Part shown: positions 23,884 to 36,311 of the stretch, piece after piece
Layout: each line of letters starts with the position of its first letter
Numbering within the stretch: position 1 is the stretch's first letter
From: Fonticula alba ATCC 38817
Taxonomy: Eukaryota; Protista; Nucleariida
Assembly (NCBI GenBank): GCA_000388065.2
Contig: KB932204.1
Direction: 5' to 3' (one strand)
DNA length: 39,926 bases
Position numbers and translations under genes: made by a program
The notes under the pieces: generated by a model
The model's input: only the letters and a program-made list of their open reading frames with translations
Told to the model about the DNA's origin: nothing
Database searches by the model: none

Positions 23884-25118
23884 ATGGTTCGCGTCCTGGA
23901 GATCAAAACAGTCATTGAGTATGCACATCCGTGCCCTTTTCCCCTGCTTTCTTGCTCTCTCTCCCCCCCCCCCCTCTCCTGACTCTTGCTCCTCCTGAAG
24001 GCATCCGTGGCACATCGTCGCCTTGGCCTTCTTCAACAAGTACACCCCGGGCAATCCGCATGTGGCCCACATCCAGGGTGCGTGATTGGGTCGCCTCCTT
24101 TCCTTTCCCCCCCTCCCGTTAAGCACCCTCGCTCTTCCCTGCCTGCCGCTCTCCTCCACCGCTGCAGCGCTGTCTAACCTCGGGCCGTCTTTGCTCGTTG
24201 CCTGTGTGTGTGTGTGTGGGTGCGCGCGCGCGCGCGCATGCCTCACTCCCCCCCCCCCCCCGCAGCGTATGACATCCTCCGGCGTGTGTACGATGGCCAG
24301 CGTGGCATCCTTTCCACCACGCGCCTGGCTTTGAAGAATGGCAAGATCCCCGCCTGGGGGCGCTCCTTCATGCCCAAGGCCCAGGCATATGTGGTGGAGG
24401 CCAGCCAAGTGGACCGCAACCAGCGCGTGCGTCGCCCCCTCGTTTGTCGCTCTTTTCTCCCCGGCCTTTCCACTGACCCCCCCCCCTCCCGCCCTGGCTG
24501 ACCCCGTGGTCCCTGCATTCCCCTCCTCGGCGCCTTTGGTGCCCCATTCACTGCGCACCACAGACCATGACCACCATCACACACAACCTCACACACAAGA
24601 CCCTGATGAATGTCGAGGAGCGGCAGACATTCTCCGTTCACCCGGAAAATCCCAACTGGTACGCCGACGCACACCTCGCCCTTCTCTGGTCGGGGCATTC
24701 TCCGGCCGGGCCCACCCGGCCGCATTTTCCTAACCCCGGCTCCCTCTCAGGACCGTTGTTTCTACTGAGGCGCACATTTCCTCCGGCATCGGCTACGGGC
24801 TGTCCGGCCGCGTGGAGGCCTTTGGCTATAGCTCCTTCCAGCGGAGCGCCGAGCGGGTACGACCTCCCTTCCCTTTCTTCTCTCTCGCTCTCTCTCTCTC
24901 TCCCTCGGCCACTTTCCCCGTTGTCGCTCGTCTCCTGACCCCGCCCCGCCCCGCCTGCCATACAGGCTCGTCAGGCACTTGCCCACACGATTCTCAACCA
25001 TTTCAACACGGCCACGGAGACGGCCGAGACGGCAGCCATGTTTGCTCCCTCAGGGGGGGCCAAGACCAGCCCGGCCGCGGCCGCGGCCTCTTCCAGCCTT
25101 GCCAGCCCATCCTCCTGA
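23884..25118 (+). CDS. PRELI/Ups-family mitochondrial lipid-transfer protein, 6 exons: 23884-23918, 24001-24077, 24266-24426, 24564-24658, 24751-24856, 24966-25118
   Basis: HPWHIVALAFFNKY, LSTTRLALKNGKIPAWG, YVVEASQVD, MTTITHNLTHKTLMNVEERQTFSVHPENPNW, VEAFGYSSFQRSAERARQAL are PRELI signatures. Splice phases are consistent. Confidence 0.9.
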
Positions 25119-26299
25119 GCACCGGCGGACTTGGCCACACTTGATCCGGCGCGCGCACGCCCACATGCATTTCCCTTCCCCCCCCCCCCCCCCCGCAGGG
25201 CCCAACCCCTTTGATCCCTGTCCTTGTGCGGCATTCTTCCCCGGTCCTCCCCTTATTGGCCACGCGTTGCTCCGGAATGATCCCCGGCGGAGATGCCCCT
25301 CCCCCTCCCCTGTCCCCCGGTGGTTTTCACGCCCACCCACACACCCACAGGGCCCCCATATAGACGAACGGTTTCCCCCTCTCGCCTGCGCCGCTGCTGA
25401 CCGCGCCGCCTCCCCCACACGTCGTAGGGCTGTCTGCGCGTGCTGGCGGTCAAAAGGGAAAGAAGAAAAGGGAAAGGGGGAGACAGCGAGGGAGGCACAT
25501 GTCGGCAACAACCGCAGCAATGCCCGGCAGGGCGCGCGCGCAAGCACTGCATTTTAAGTGGGTACATTTTTGGCGCAAGGAAGGCAGGGGAGAAGCGAGA
25601 AAAGGGATAGTATAGGAGAGAAAAGGGGGGGGGGGGGGGGGGGGGCGGCATGCCTGGGGGGCGCGCTCCGCCGGCCCCCCGTGCCGCCTCCTGTGGGANN
25701 NNNNNNNNNNNNNNNNNNNNNNNNNNNNNNNNNNNNNNNNNNNNNNNNNNNNNNNNNNNNNNNNNNNNNNNNNNNNNNNNNNNNNNNNNNNNNNNNNNNN
25801 NNNNNNNNNNNNNNNNNNNNNNNNNNNNNNNNNNNNNNNNNNNNNNNNNNNNNNNNNNNNNNNNNNNNNNNNNNNNNNNNNNNNNNNNNNNNNNNNNNNN
25901 NNNNNNNNNNNNNNNNNNNNNNNNNNNNNNNNNNNNNNNNNNNNNNNNNNNNNNNNNNNNNNNNNNNNNNNNNNNNNNNNNNNNNNNNNNNNNNNNNNNN
26001 NNNNNNNNNNNNNNNNNNNNNNNNNNNNNNNNNNNNNNNNNNNNNNNNNNNNNNNNNNNNNNNNNNNNNNNNNNNNNNNNNNNNNNNNNNNNNNNNNNNN
26101 NNNNNNNNNNNNNNNNNNNNNNNNNNNNNNNNNNNNNNNNNNNNNNNNNNNNNNNNNNNNNNNNNNNNNNNNNNNNNNNNNNNNNNNNNNNNNNNNNNNN
26201 NNNNNNNNNNNNNNNNNNNNNNNNNNNNNNNNNNNNNNNNNNNNNNNNNNNNNNNNNNNNNNNNNNNNNNNNNNNNNNNNNNNNNNNNNNNNNNNNNNN

Positions 26300-26593
26300 C
26301 TTGGCCATGCCCAGGCGCGGCGCGAGCAGATCCAGCACCTGACTGCCGGGCTGGAAGCGGTTCAGCGGCTCGGCCGCCGTCCGGACGTAGTACTGAGCCG
26401 CCTGCTCCACGGCATTGGACGGCATGTACAGCTGTTCCTCGGGCTCGGCGAGCATCTTGGCCGAGAGGGTCAATGGCGCGGGCAGGATCCGGATCCGATA
26501 CGGGCTGAGTGGTGATAGATCCGTGAGGACAGCGCTGTGCTCATCTGCAAGGAGCAGAGAGGCAAGTGGAGGGAGAGAGAGAGAAGGAGAGAA

Positions 26594-26648
<55 letters not shown>

Positions 26649-29600
26649 GGGCGGGCAGAGAGAAAAGACAAAGGTCAGCCAATCGCATGCTGAAGAAGAG
26701 AAAGAGGCAGGGAGGCCGAAGGAAAAAGGGGCAAAAAGAGGCGGGCATCCACAGCCGGACAGGCACTTACCTGCGTCTCGCGGTCCTGGTCCTCCAGGAG
26801 GTTGAGGAAGGACGGCAGCAGCTCCAGCAGCGTGGGGATCACACCACGCGCGGTCAGGAGGTTCATCCCGGAGAAGGCGTAAATGAGCGACGTCTTGGCC
26901 AGCCAGTGGTAGGGGTCCGAGTGCGAGGGGGACCCGGGATGGCGGACCAGCGACGAGAGGCTGCGCGAGCCGGCCCCGCCGGAGAAGCCAGCGTCGAGGG
27001 CGGCCTCGGCATCCGCCTCGACCTCGGCATCGGCCTCGCTGGTGGCCCCGTGGCCCTCCTCATCGCCATCGTCGCCGTCATCCTCATCATCGTCATCATC
27101 ACCGGCGTCGTCTTCCTCGTCGACGCCATGGTGGCCGTCATCGGCCTCGGAGTCGGTGCCAGCCTCGTCACCGGACTCGATGTCCATGGCGCCATCGGCG
27201 GCCTCCGGGCCGCCATCGACATCCTCCTCGTCCTCCTCCAGGCCGTCAGTCATGTCGACGTCCCGGTCCAGGAGGATGGTTGCCTGGGCCGCGGCCTCGG
27301 CCGACGGGAAGAAGGCCTCATCCGCCACAACCAGGAGGATGGAATCGGGGTCGCCATCCGTCAGGGACCCCACCCCGGCCAGGGTGTCATTGTTGAGACG
27401 AGCACAGACGGCCGCCGTGTCGGTGGCGCCGGCGGCCGCCGCCGCCGCCGCCGCGTCGACATCGTCCGTGGCCCCCGGCGCATCAAGCGCCAGGACCATC
27501 GGGGTCCCCGGGGCCGAGGCCGAGGGGATCAGCTGCCGCAGGTGCTCCAGCGCCCGAGCCATGATCGACCCCACCTCGAACCGGACCCACTCCTCGCGCG
27601 GGAGCGAGGGGATGATGCAAACATTCTGCAAGATGTGCATGATCGAGCCAAGCTGGTCCCGGCACTGCCGGTACGGGTGGGCCATGTGCGGGAGCAGGGC
27701 CTTGGCGGTGGGCGCCGCAAAGCGCACCAGGCGCCAGGCCATGGCCGAGAAGAGGTTCAACTGGAGCTGGACCTTGCGCGCCTCGGAGAAGGAGTACCGC
27801 CGCGTGGTCTGCAGCTTCTCCGAAAGGATCAGATCAATGAGCCAGCGGACGCGACGAGGGTCCTGGTGCGACTGTGCGGGCGAAAGACCCACAGAGGGGG
27901 AGGGGGGGGGGGCCGGCGGCGGGGAGAAAAAAAAAGGCATGTTAGAGACGGCATGCATCGGGGCGTGTGCGCGTGTGTGCGTGCGGCAGCAAGGCAGCAC
28001 ACGAGGGGAAAGGGGGGGAGAAAAAAAAAAGGCCGGACAATGGCCCGAGGCGGAGGGAAGCCAGCTCTCGCACCATGCCATAGCTGATGGCGCTCCCCCA
28101 GTCGGCCACATTGTCGTGGTTCAGCGAGTCGAACACCTTCGCCAGCAGGGGCCGCAGCGTCCGGCGGAGGGTCTCCCGGTCGGCCGTGCCCCAGGCCCGG
28201 GACCCGCGCAGCACGCCGGCCACCAGCTCGCAGGACAGGCTCTGTGCGGCGCGGTCGTTGGTCTGCACGGCCAAGCGCCGCAGCGGGCCCAGAGCCCCGA
28301 GCCAGGCCGAGAGGCCGAAGTGCCGGAAGAGGGACTTCAGCAGGACATACACGGCGCTGTCGAAGTTGGCCTCGCCGGCGGCGGTGGTGCCGCTGCCGGC
28401 CCCGGCCCCGCCGTCGTCCTCATCGTCGAAGGTCCGGCCAATTTGCAGCAGCCCCAGGAGATCGTCCCAGAAGTTCGGGGCATTGACCAGGGCCGCCAGG
28501 GCCGCCAGGTTGGAGTGCGTCGACACCGACTCCCGCGAGTGGGTGCCATTGTACACGCGCACGCGCTTGGGCCACCGGAGCCACCCATGCGAGAGGGTGT
28601 CCACAAAGAGCTCGGTCGATGTGGTCGACTGGGCGATGAACCGCCGCGTCAGCTCCGCATGGCATGCGTCCGTCTTGAGGTGCGAGCTGAGGTCCAGCTC
28701 GAACTTGGCAGGCAGGGCCTGGATCTCCTGGGGTGGCCAGCGCCAAGGCGGACACATGGGGCAAGGGCAGAAGGGGACACAAGCACCGCAGGGGTTAGAC
28801 AGGCGGCCCGGGGGGGGGGAGGGGGGGGCAGAAAAAAAAAGGAGGGCCGGAAAAAGAGAGGCGCGCGAGAGCGGCAGTGCACTTACCTCGGCCGAGAGCG
28901 CCAGCGGGTCCACCAGCACACGGATGTCATCCACCACCGGGAGCGGCTGGCGCGCATGCGGCTTGGCCGAATAGAGCACCAACGACACCAGGTCGATGGC
29001 CAGCGACCGGGCCGACGGGTGATCCGACGACAGGGCCCGGTAGAACCAGTCCGACAGGTTGTTGCCGAAGGTGGCATCCGCTCGCACGCACATGGCCAGC
29101 GATTCGGCCGCATTGTTCTGCGTGTTCCAGTTCACCGGCCCCACCAGGCACTCGGAGAGCGAGGACACCAGGTTCTGGTAGACTCGGCGATCGGCCTCGA
29201 AGGAATGCTGCTTGGCTGGCACCGGCGTGGCCTTGCCCTCGAAGTCCAGCTGGAGCTTCTGCGCGAGGGCCAGGCCGCGCGACGTCGGCGCCACCCCGAG
29301 CGAGATGAAGTAGAAGCTCTCATTGAAGTTGTTGAACAGCTCCACGGACAGGTTCTGCACCGAGAGCTGTGACCGAGGCGGAGTGGCCCAGGGGGGCGGG
29401 GGCGGGGGCGAGGGGAGAAGAGCGGAGCCCAAGACAACCCCAGACCGGTGTGGCGAGGCGTGGATGCGGGTGTGGCGTGCGAGTGAGTCGAGGGAGCCCG
29501 AATGTGAGCGGGGGGGAAAAGCCCCGCCAAAGGGCGGGTGGCTGTGCACGAACCTTCTCGTCGAAGCGCGCTGAGCTGAAGTAGTTCATGAAGCGCGCCT

Positions 29601-30309
29601 GGAACTTCCAAGAGCGCAGGCAGAAGGACAGCATGCCGGTCTTCTTGATGGTATACAGCCCACCCTTGAGGGCGGTGATGTTGTTGGCGCCTGGGCGGGG
29701 GAGGGGGGGGGGACATATGTGAGCCATTGTAGATGAAAAAGGACATAGCTATCGAGGATCGGGGCACACGGAGCAAAAGCCTATGTGTAGAAGAGGGCAT
29801 TGGAGAAGGAGAGAGAGAGAAGGGGAGAGAGAGAGAGAAGGAGAGAGAGAGAGAGAGAGAGAAGGAGAGAGAGAGAGAGAAAGAGAGAAAGAGAAAGTAC
29901 CCTCGGTTTCCAGGATCTGGAAGACCCGGTTGAGACTCAGCAGACGCTGGCGAGGGAAGNNNNNNNNNNNNNNNNNNNNNNNNNNNNNNNNNNNNNNNNN
30001 NNNNNNNNNNNNNNNNNNNNNNNNNNNNNNNNNNNNNNNNNNNNNNNNNNNNNNNNNNNNNNNNNNNNNNNNNNNNNNNNNNNNNNNNNNNNNNNNNNNN
30101 NNNNNNNNNNNNNNNNNNNNNNNNNNNNNNNNNNNNNNNNNNNNNNNNNNNNNNNNNNNNNNNNNNNNNNNNNNNNNNNNNNNNNNNNNNNNNNNNNNNN
30201 NNNNNNNNNNNNNNNNNNNNNNNNNNNNNNNNNNNNNNNNNNNNNNNNNNNNNNNNNNNNNNNNNNNNNNNNNNNNNNNNNNNNNNNNNNNNNNNNNNNN
30301 NNNNNNNNN

Positions 30310-30343
<34 letters not shown>

Positions 30344-31185
30344 AAAGGAAAGAAGTCAGCGGGAGGGGAAGAAAGGGGCACAAGGACAGCAGAACCCGGG
30401 AGGGGATGACAAAGAAGTGGGAGGCCCGCGAAAGATAGCCAGCCCCAGGGAGAAACTGCCCCTCTTCCCTCCCCCGGAAGGGAGGCCAAGACAGCACACC
30501 CGGCCAACGCACCGAAGTTCGACCGGTTGCGGATCTTCGAGTCGCCGATCTTCAGCGACAAGCCGGTCTTCGACAGGCGCGGCGAGAGGACCGACCAATC
30601 GAGGATCAGGCGCCGGGGCGAGCACAGGCAAATCAAGGCGGCCAGCAACTTGCAGAAGTACTTGTAGGCCTTGATGTTGAAGTCCTGCCGAGACTCGGTG
30701 GTCTCGATGAGCCGCGCCCCGAGGGCGACAAGCCCCTCGTGCAGGGCCCGCATCTTCGGCAGGAACTCATGCCCCGGGGGGATGGCCTCGGGGATGAGCA
30801 GCGGCGCCCGGCGGAGGTACCGCATGTGGGGGCTCGTCATGTCCGGAGTCAGCTCGTCCACCGAGTCGGCCTCCACGTCGGACCCGTCGCCGGAGCCGGC
30901 CCCGCTGTCGCCATCCTCGCCCTCCTCCTCGTCGCAGGCGGCCGCATCGTCATCGGCGAAGGAGAGCGCCGGGTCGCCGGGCCCCGGAGGCGACTCGTCA
31001 TCGAGATCCCCACGAGCGAAGGCCTCGACGATGTCCCGGTAGGAGATGTCCTGCAGCGGCAGCCCGAGGACCGCATGCCGCAGGAAGATCAGCTGCCGGG
31101 TGATCTCCTGCCAATTGAGGCTGAGGGGGCGGCGAGGGGGAGGATGCGCAGACACAGGCAGGGACGGGGAAGGGGGACAGAACAA

Positions 31186-31223
<38 letters not shown>

Positions 31224-34200
31224 CAGGAGCCAGATACCCCGGGTCGGGCAGGAGGAAGGCGAGGGGGGGGGGGGATGGGCAAAGACGATGGCCCCACGCA
31301 CACCGGCTGCTCCAGCAAACTCTTCAGGTGCTCGGCGCGCGGCTCGATCAACTCGGTCATCAGGGTGCACGCCCAGTCCAGGGACTCGGGCGTGGGGGTG
31401 CGCCAGGTCAGCTTGACATCCAGGTGCAGGCTGGCCACATCGAACAGCGGCCGGGGGTCGTCCATGGTGTCGGTCGACTGGTAGTCCGTCGGCAGGCCGA
31501 TCGAGGCAAAGGAGTCGCCCCACAGGTTGGGCGCAATGTCGGCCAGGTTCTGCGCGGCCCACAGGTCCGGCGTGACGGACCGGAGCTCGGCCAGCGTCCC
31601 GGTGGCCGTCAGAGCGGCGAGCAGGTGCCGAACCAGCTTGCACGTCATCTTGTAGGACCCCCGGCGCGTGGTCACCAGACACAGCTCGATGGCCTCGCGC
31701 AGCTCCTCCTTGAAGAGCAGGATGGTGCCCGGGTCGGTCCGGTGGAACAGGTGGTACAGGATGTTCAAGTACCACTGGAGCTGGAGATCCGAGGCCTCGC
31801 TCACCTCGCCGAGGCTGGCCGAGCTGGCACCCGGGCCAGACCCCCGCAGCGACGACACCACCGGCAGGGAGTTCACCTCGTCACGAATGCGCGCCAAGCA
31901 CAGCGGAACGAGGGCCCGCATGGCGGCCTCCGGGTTGGCCCAGGTCAGCGAGGAGCAAATCATGCCGACCGCATTGCGGGCCCCAAGCGGGGCCGACGAA
32001 TTGCCGATGTACGCCACAAACTGCCGCAGGGCCTGGGCAAAGTACTCCGGTGACAGCTGGCGGAAGAACTGCCCGGTGGAGATGACCACCATCGACACAA
32101 CGCTGGATTCGACGTTGATCCCCTTGCTGGAGTCCTCCGGCAGGTTGTCCAGCTGTGCGGTGGTGCGATTGTGGCGGATAGGCGGGTTGGGGTGCGAGAA
32201 CGGGTGGAGGGAGGGATGGAAAGAGGGATGGAAAGAGGGAGGGGAGGAGGGAGGGGGGAGGGAAAGAGGGAGGGGAGGAGGGAGGGGGGAGGGAAAGAGG
32301 GAGGGAAAGAGGGAGGGAGAGCAAGAAAGAGGGAACAAGAAAGAGGCAGCAAGAGGCAGCAAGAAAAAACAGCAAGAAAAAGACAGCGAGAAAAAAACAG
32401 CAAGAAAAAGACAGCGAGAAAAAACAGCAAGAAAAAGACAGCGAGAAAAAACAGCAGGAAAAAGACAGCAGGAAAAAAACAGCAGGAAAAAGACAGGAGA
32501 GGGGGCAGGTGGGGAAACACAAAAATGAGGTGTCAGCGTAGGCTCAACAGGCACGATGCACATGCGGATAGATGGATGGACAAAGCGAGAACAGTAGGGA
32601 TCACGAACCAGGCGGAACACCTGCTCCAGGAAGCTGTGGCACCACTCGCCGAGAACCCCGGGGCCGGTGGCATCGCGGACAACTCGATCCGCCTCGATCA
32701 GCAGGTCGACCTGCTCCTCGGCCAGGGAGGACTGGTTGACCGGGCCCTCGAAGACGGACTCCGTGTACTGAGGCGCAGACTCGGTCGACGAGGTGGCCGA
32801 CGAGTTGACGATCGGCATGAAGAGCAGCACAACATACACGAACTACGCGGCGGCACGTGTGCGGGCCGGCCGGGGGGACAGCCGGAAGACCATCGGACAG
32901 AAGCATCGCGCCAAGGAAGCCGGGGACAGCGGGCGAGAGAAAGGCAGAGAGAGACGGAAAGAGGCATGAGCAAGAGAGGGGAAGCCGGGGAGGGGAAAAA
33001 AAAAAACAAGAACACCCGCCCGGCGAGACATACATAGAGAGATCGGAAGGTCTTGGACGGATCGTTCATGTCAATGCCCGGCAGCACCGCATGCAGCAGG
33101 TCAAACACCTGGCCCGGGCCCTGGAAGTAGGGGCGCGGGCGCCAGTTGAAGGGCAGCGGCTTGGTCGAGGCGGTGGGCTGGCCATCCGGCCCCGGGGGGC
33201 CCGGCTCGGCAAAGACCCCCAGCCGGGAGGTGTGCCCGGCGCGATTGACCAGCACCGGGGCCACATGGATCAGGGCATACAGGGCCGAGTAGGTCCGGTG
33301 CGCCTCCAGCACCGAGTCCAGCGCCGTGGCGATGGTCTCCAGGAAGGGCGGCAGGGCAATCTCCGGGCACATGGTGCACAGCTTGGACATGGTCATGATG
33401 CTGTCCCGCACGCAGTAGCTGTCCTTGGAGAAGAGCTGCAGCAGCATCATCGGCTGCACCAGGCGACACACAAACTCCAAGGTGGCCTGGCTCAGGCGCA
33501 TGTGCGGCGTCAGACGCCGCGACCCGGGCATCGGCCGGGTCTCAATGCGAATGCGCAGCCCCAGGTAGTACACCAGGGACGCGGCGAACATCATCACGCG
33601 CGCCGACCAGCGCCCCGTGTTGGACGGATGCATGAAGGGCTCCAGCGCGCGGAAGAGCTCCTCCAGCGACCGGGCCGACGGGTCGACCGCCGGGTCCGGG
33701 CCCAGCGAAAAGGCAAAGTAGTGCGCCAGCGAGAAGAAGGCCGCCTGGTCGGAGGGCTGCAACGAGTCGTTGGCCGACGACCAGGAGAAGACATCCACCA
33801 GACGCCCGCCCCCGATGCCGGCCGCGCGCGAGCCCACCGGCACCGAGAAGAGGCTGATGGCCGTGGCCAGGAGCTGCGGCTCGAAGGCGTGCAGCTGCTG
33901 GCGGATCGGGTCGGTGGCCAGCGACACGGTCTCCGGGTCGAGGATGATCCCGCCGACCGTGTGCTCCTGCGCCACCCAGCCGACCAGGTCGATCCAGGTG
34001 GCATCCCAGGAGGGCATGTTGGCCACCAGGTTCCAGAGCTCCGGCACCCGGGCCAGCCAGCCGAGAACCTGCGAGGCGGGGGCATTGCGAATGGGCACGA
34101 AGCGCGAGAAGAACCCCAGCCCGAGGCAGAACTGTGCCGAGTCCGGCGAGAACATCGACAGAGCCATCTCCTTGATCTCATCGGTGTCGGCCGAGTCGAA

Positions 34201-35200
34201 GTACCTGCGCGTGCGTGAGGNNNNNNNNNNNNNNNNNNNNNNNNNNNNNNNNNNNNNNNNNNNNNNNNNNNNNNNNNNNNNNNNNNNNNNNNNNNNNNNN
34301 NNNNNNNNNNNNNNNGGGGGGGGAGGGGGGGGGGCCGGCGGAAGTCACGGCACGCGGGGGGAGGGCGGGCGGGGAGCCGGGTGTGGCACGCACAGCCGAG
34401 CAACGCTCAGATAGTCGAGGATGCGCTTGAGGTGCTTCTCCGAGGCCAAATGGTAGGCCACGCGCGTCGGGGGGAAGAACGACCGACGCAGGTGCTCGAA
34501 GAGCGGGCGCCAGGGAAGCACCAGGCGCAGGGGCTGGAGCAGACCCGGGGCCAGGGAGCTCGACTTCCTGCGGAGAGACATCCGCGCGCAGGGCCAAAGA
34601 GTCAGTCAACCGGTCCGCGCCGGGGCGACAGAGCAGACACAGACCAAGAGAGAGAGAGAGAGAGAGAAGCAAACGCGCGGCAGGGAGCCGAGCAAAGGGG
34701 GGGCGGCGCACTTGAGCAGACGAAGCAGAAGCGTGGCCACGGCCGACTGGGTGGCCGAGTCGAGGCCCGGATACACGAGCACCTCATGCAGGAGGGTGAT
34801 GATGCGGGCGCGCTCGGTCGGCGAGATCAGGTACTTGAGGTTCAGGTACCTGCACAGCAGCCCCCGGGCGGCGGGGCAATGTCAGACAGCGTGGCTGGGA
34901 GGGCGGCCGGCGGGGGAGCACGCGAAAAGGGCGACACCAAAGGGAGGCAACGGACTGGTTGACCGAACGGCAGGCGGCGCCGATGGACCGCGAGGACGGC
35001 GCGAGGGCCGCCTCGGCCAGCAGGCCGACGATGGCACGGAAGCGCTCCTCCGCTTCGGCCTCCAGACGATCATGGTCCAGCGGCAGATTGAAGTTGTAGA
35101 TGTCCACCCGGCTGGCCGGCGGCTGGGACCCGGGCAGCTGGGACACGTCCGTCGGCTCGGGGAGGACCGACGACGCGGGCGGGGCCCGGACAAGGGACAT
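26300..35200 (-). CDS. PSME4: Proteasome activator PA200/Blm10, at least 13 exons, 3' end in gap 25699-26299
   Basis: N-terminus IYNFNLPLDHDRLEAE, LVLPWRPLFE, LEPFMHPSNTGRW, LPGIDMNDPSKT, GGLYTIK, DPRRVRW are PA200 motifs. Approximate exons: 35200-34956, 34849-34712, 34567-34394, 34204-33034, 32842-32609, 32152-31304, 31107-30513, (gap)-29901, 29690-29554, 29366-28887, 28727-28074, 27871-26771, 26455-(gap). Confidence 0.9.
32340..32497. repeat. Intronic A-rich minisatellite, ~14-bp unit CAGC(A/G)(A/G)GAAAAA(A/G)A
   Basis: About 11 degenerate copies, alternating into a ~28-bp higher-order unit AAGAAAAAGACAGCGAGAAAAAAACAGC; preceded by GAAAGAGGG repeats at 32205-32335. Confidence 0.85.
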
Positions 35201-35822
35201 CGGAGCGCGGGGAGGGGGAGCGGGAGTGCTCGGCCGCGCAGGGACGCGCACGGGCAGAAGGACAGGCGGGGGGGGGGGGGGGGGGGGAAGAGGACAAAGA
35301 GGCGAGTCCTCGCGGAGGCTGGCCGAGCGTCGGGAGCGGGACAGCGAGTGGAGGGCAGGCGGAGGGCGGGAGAGACAGGCAGACCAGGGGGAAGGAAGCT
35401 ATCAACAGGGAGCGGAGGGGGAGGGGGGGGGGGAGGGGAAGGGGGTACGGTCGGCCCGGGTTGGCATTCTGCATGGCCGGTCTTTTAGATCGGCCCCCGG
35501 GAGCGCCCGGTCGCGACCGGGGCACCGGCGGAGCTGTCATGACTGGCCCGGGCGCGCGGCCGGCCCTGCTGGGTATGCGTCCCCCCGCCGGGCCCATGAT
35601 TTCTCGGGCCCCGCCGCAGCCCGGCCCGCGCCGCCGGGAGACCGAGAAGCGCCACCCCCAGCCCCAGCTGGCAAACTGCCACCCCGCCGATGCGCCCCGG
35701 AGGGGGGAGGACACGCGCCGCCGCGCCCGGGAAGGACCGGCGGCGTGGCAGGACGCGAATTGCGTCAACCGAGCCCGTCTTCTGGAACCTCCCACCGGAG
35801 GCACCGGGCGCCCGGCGAGCCC

Positions 35823-35824
<2 letters not shown>

Positions 35825-35888
<64 letters not shown>
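35825..35888. repeat. (CA)n microsatellite
   Basis: Perfect run of about 32 units upstream of the PA200 start; a ~40-nt poly-C run follows at 36180-36220. Confidence 0.95.
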
Positions 35889-35890
<2 letters not shown>

Positions 35891-36179
35891 GGAGCGACGA
35901 CACGGCCCTCGCCCCCGGCCTGCCCTCTTCTTCCGCGGTTCCGGCCGCGACAAGGCCAGCACGCCGGGCGGGCGGCCGCCTGCCCGCCTCTCGGCCCCCC
36001 CCCCCTCCGGCCGGGCGACAGCTATCGCTGTCCTCGACCCGAGCCCCACCAACCTGTTCCTCCCCTCCCCCCCCCCTCGCTGTCCCATGTGTCCCCGGAG
36101 AGCTCCCAGCGCCCGCCACCTGGCCGGTGCCAGGCCCTTTACCAGGAATGCCGTCCCCTCCGCCTCCCGACAAGCGAAG

Positions 36180-36222
<43 letters not shown>

Positions 36223-36311
36223 CCCCACCCCTAGACGCTACCCGGCGGCGACAGCAGACTGCCAGCGCACTCGCGCGCCGCAGTGCCACCGGTCGGCCGC
36301 GCTGCCCCGCC

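Noticed and set aside
26500-26545. DEHSAVLTDLSPLSPY resembling the PA200 C-terminal LTDLLVSPCYYA
   Set aside because: Out of phase with the preceding exon and upstream of sequence that aligns earlier in PA200; probably intronic coincidence.
32340-32497. CRISPR-like array
   Set aside because: Head-to-tail degenerate repeats with no unique spacers, inside a eukaryotic intron, with no cas genes.
27042-33037. Long + strand ORFs (776, 516, 286, 288 aa and others) opposite PA200
   Set aside because: Antisense shadows or microsatellite translations (RERERE, KKTARK); the minus strand carries the PA200 homology.
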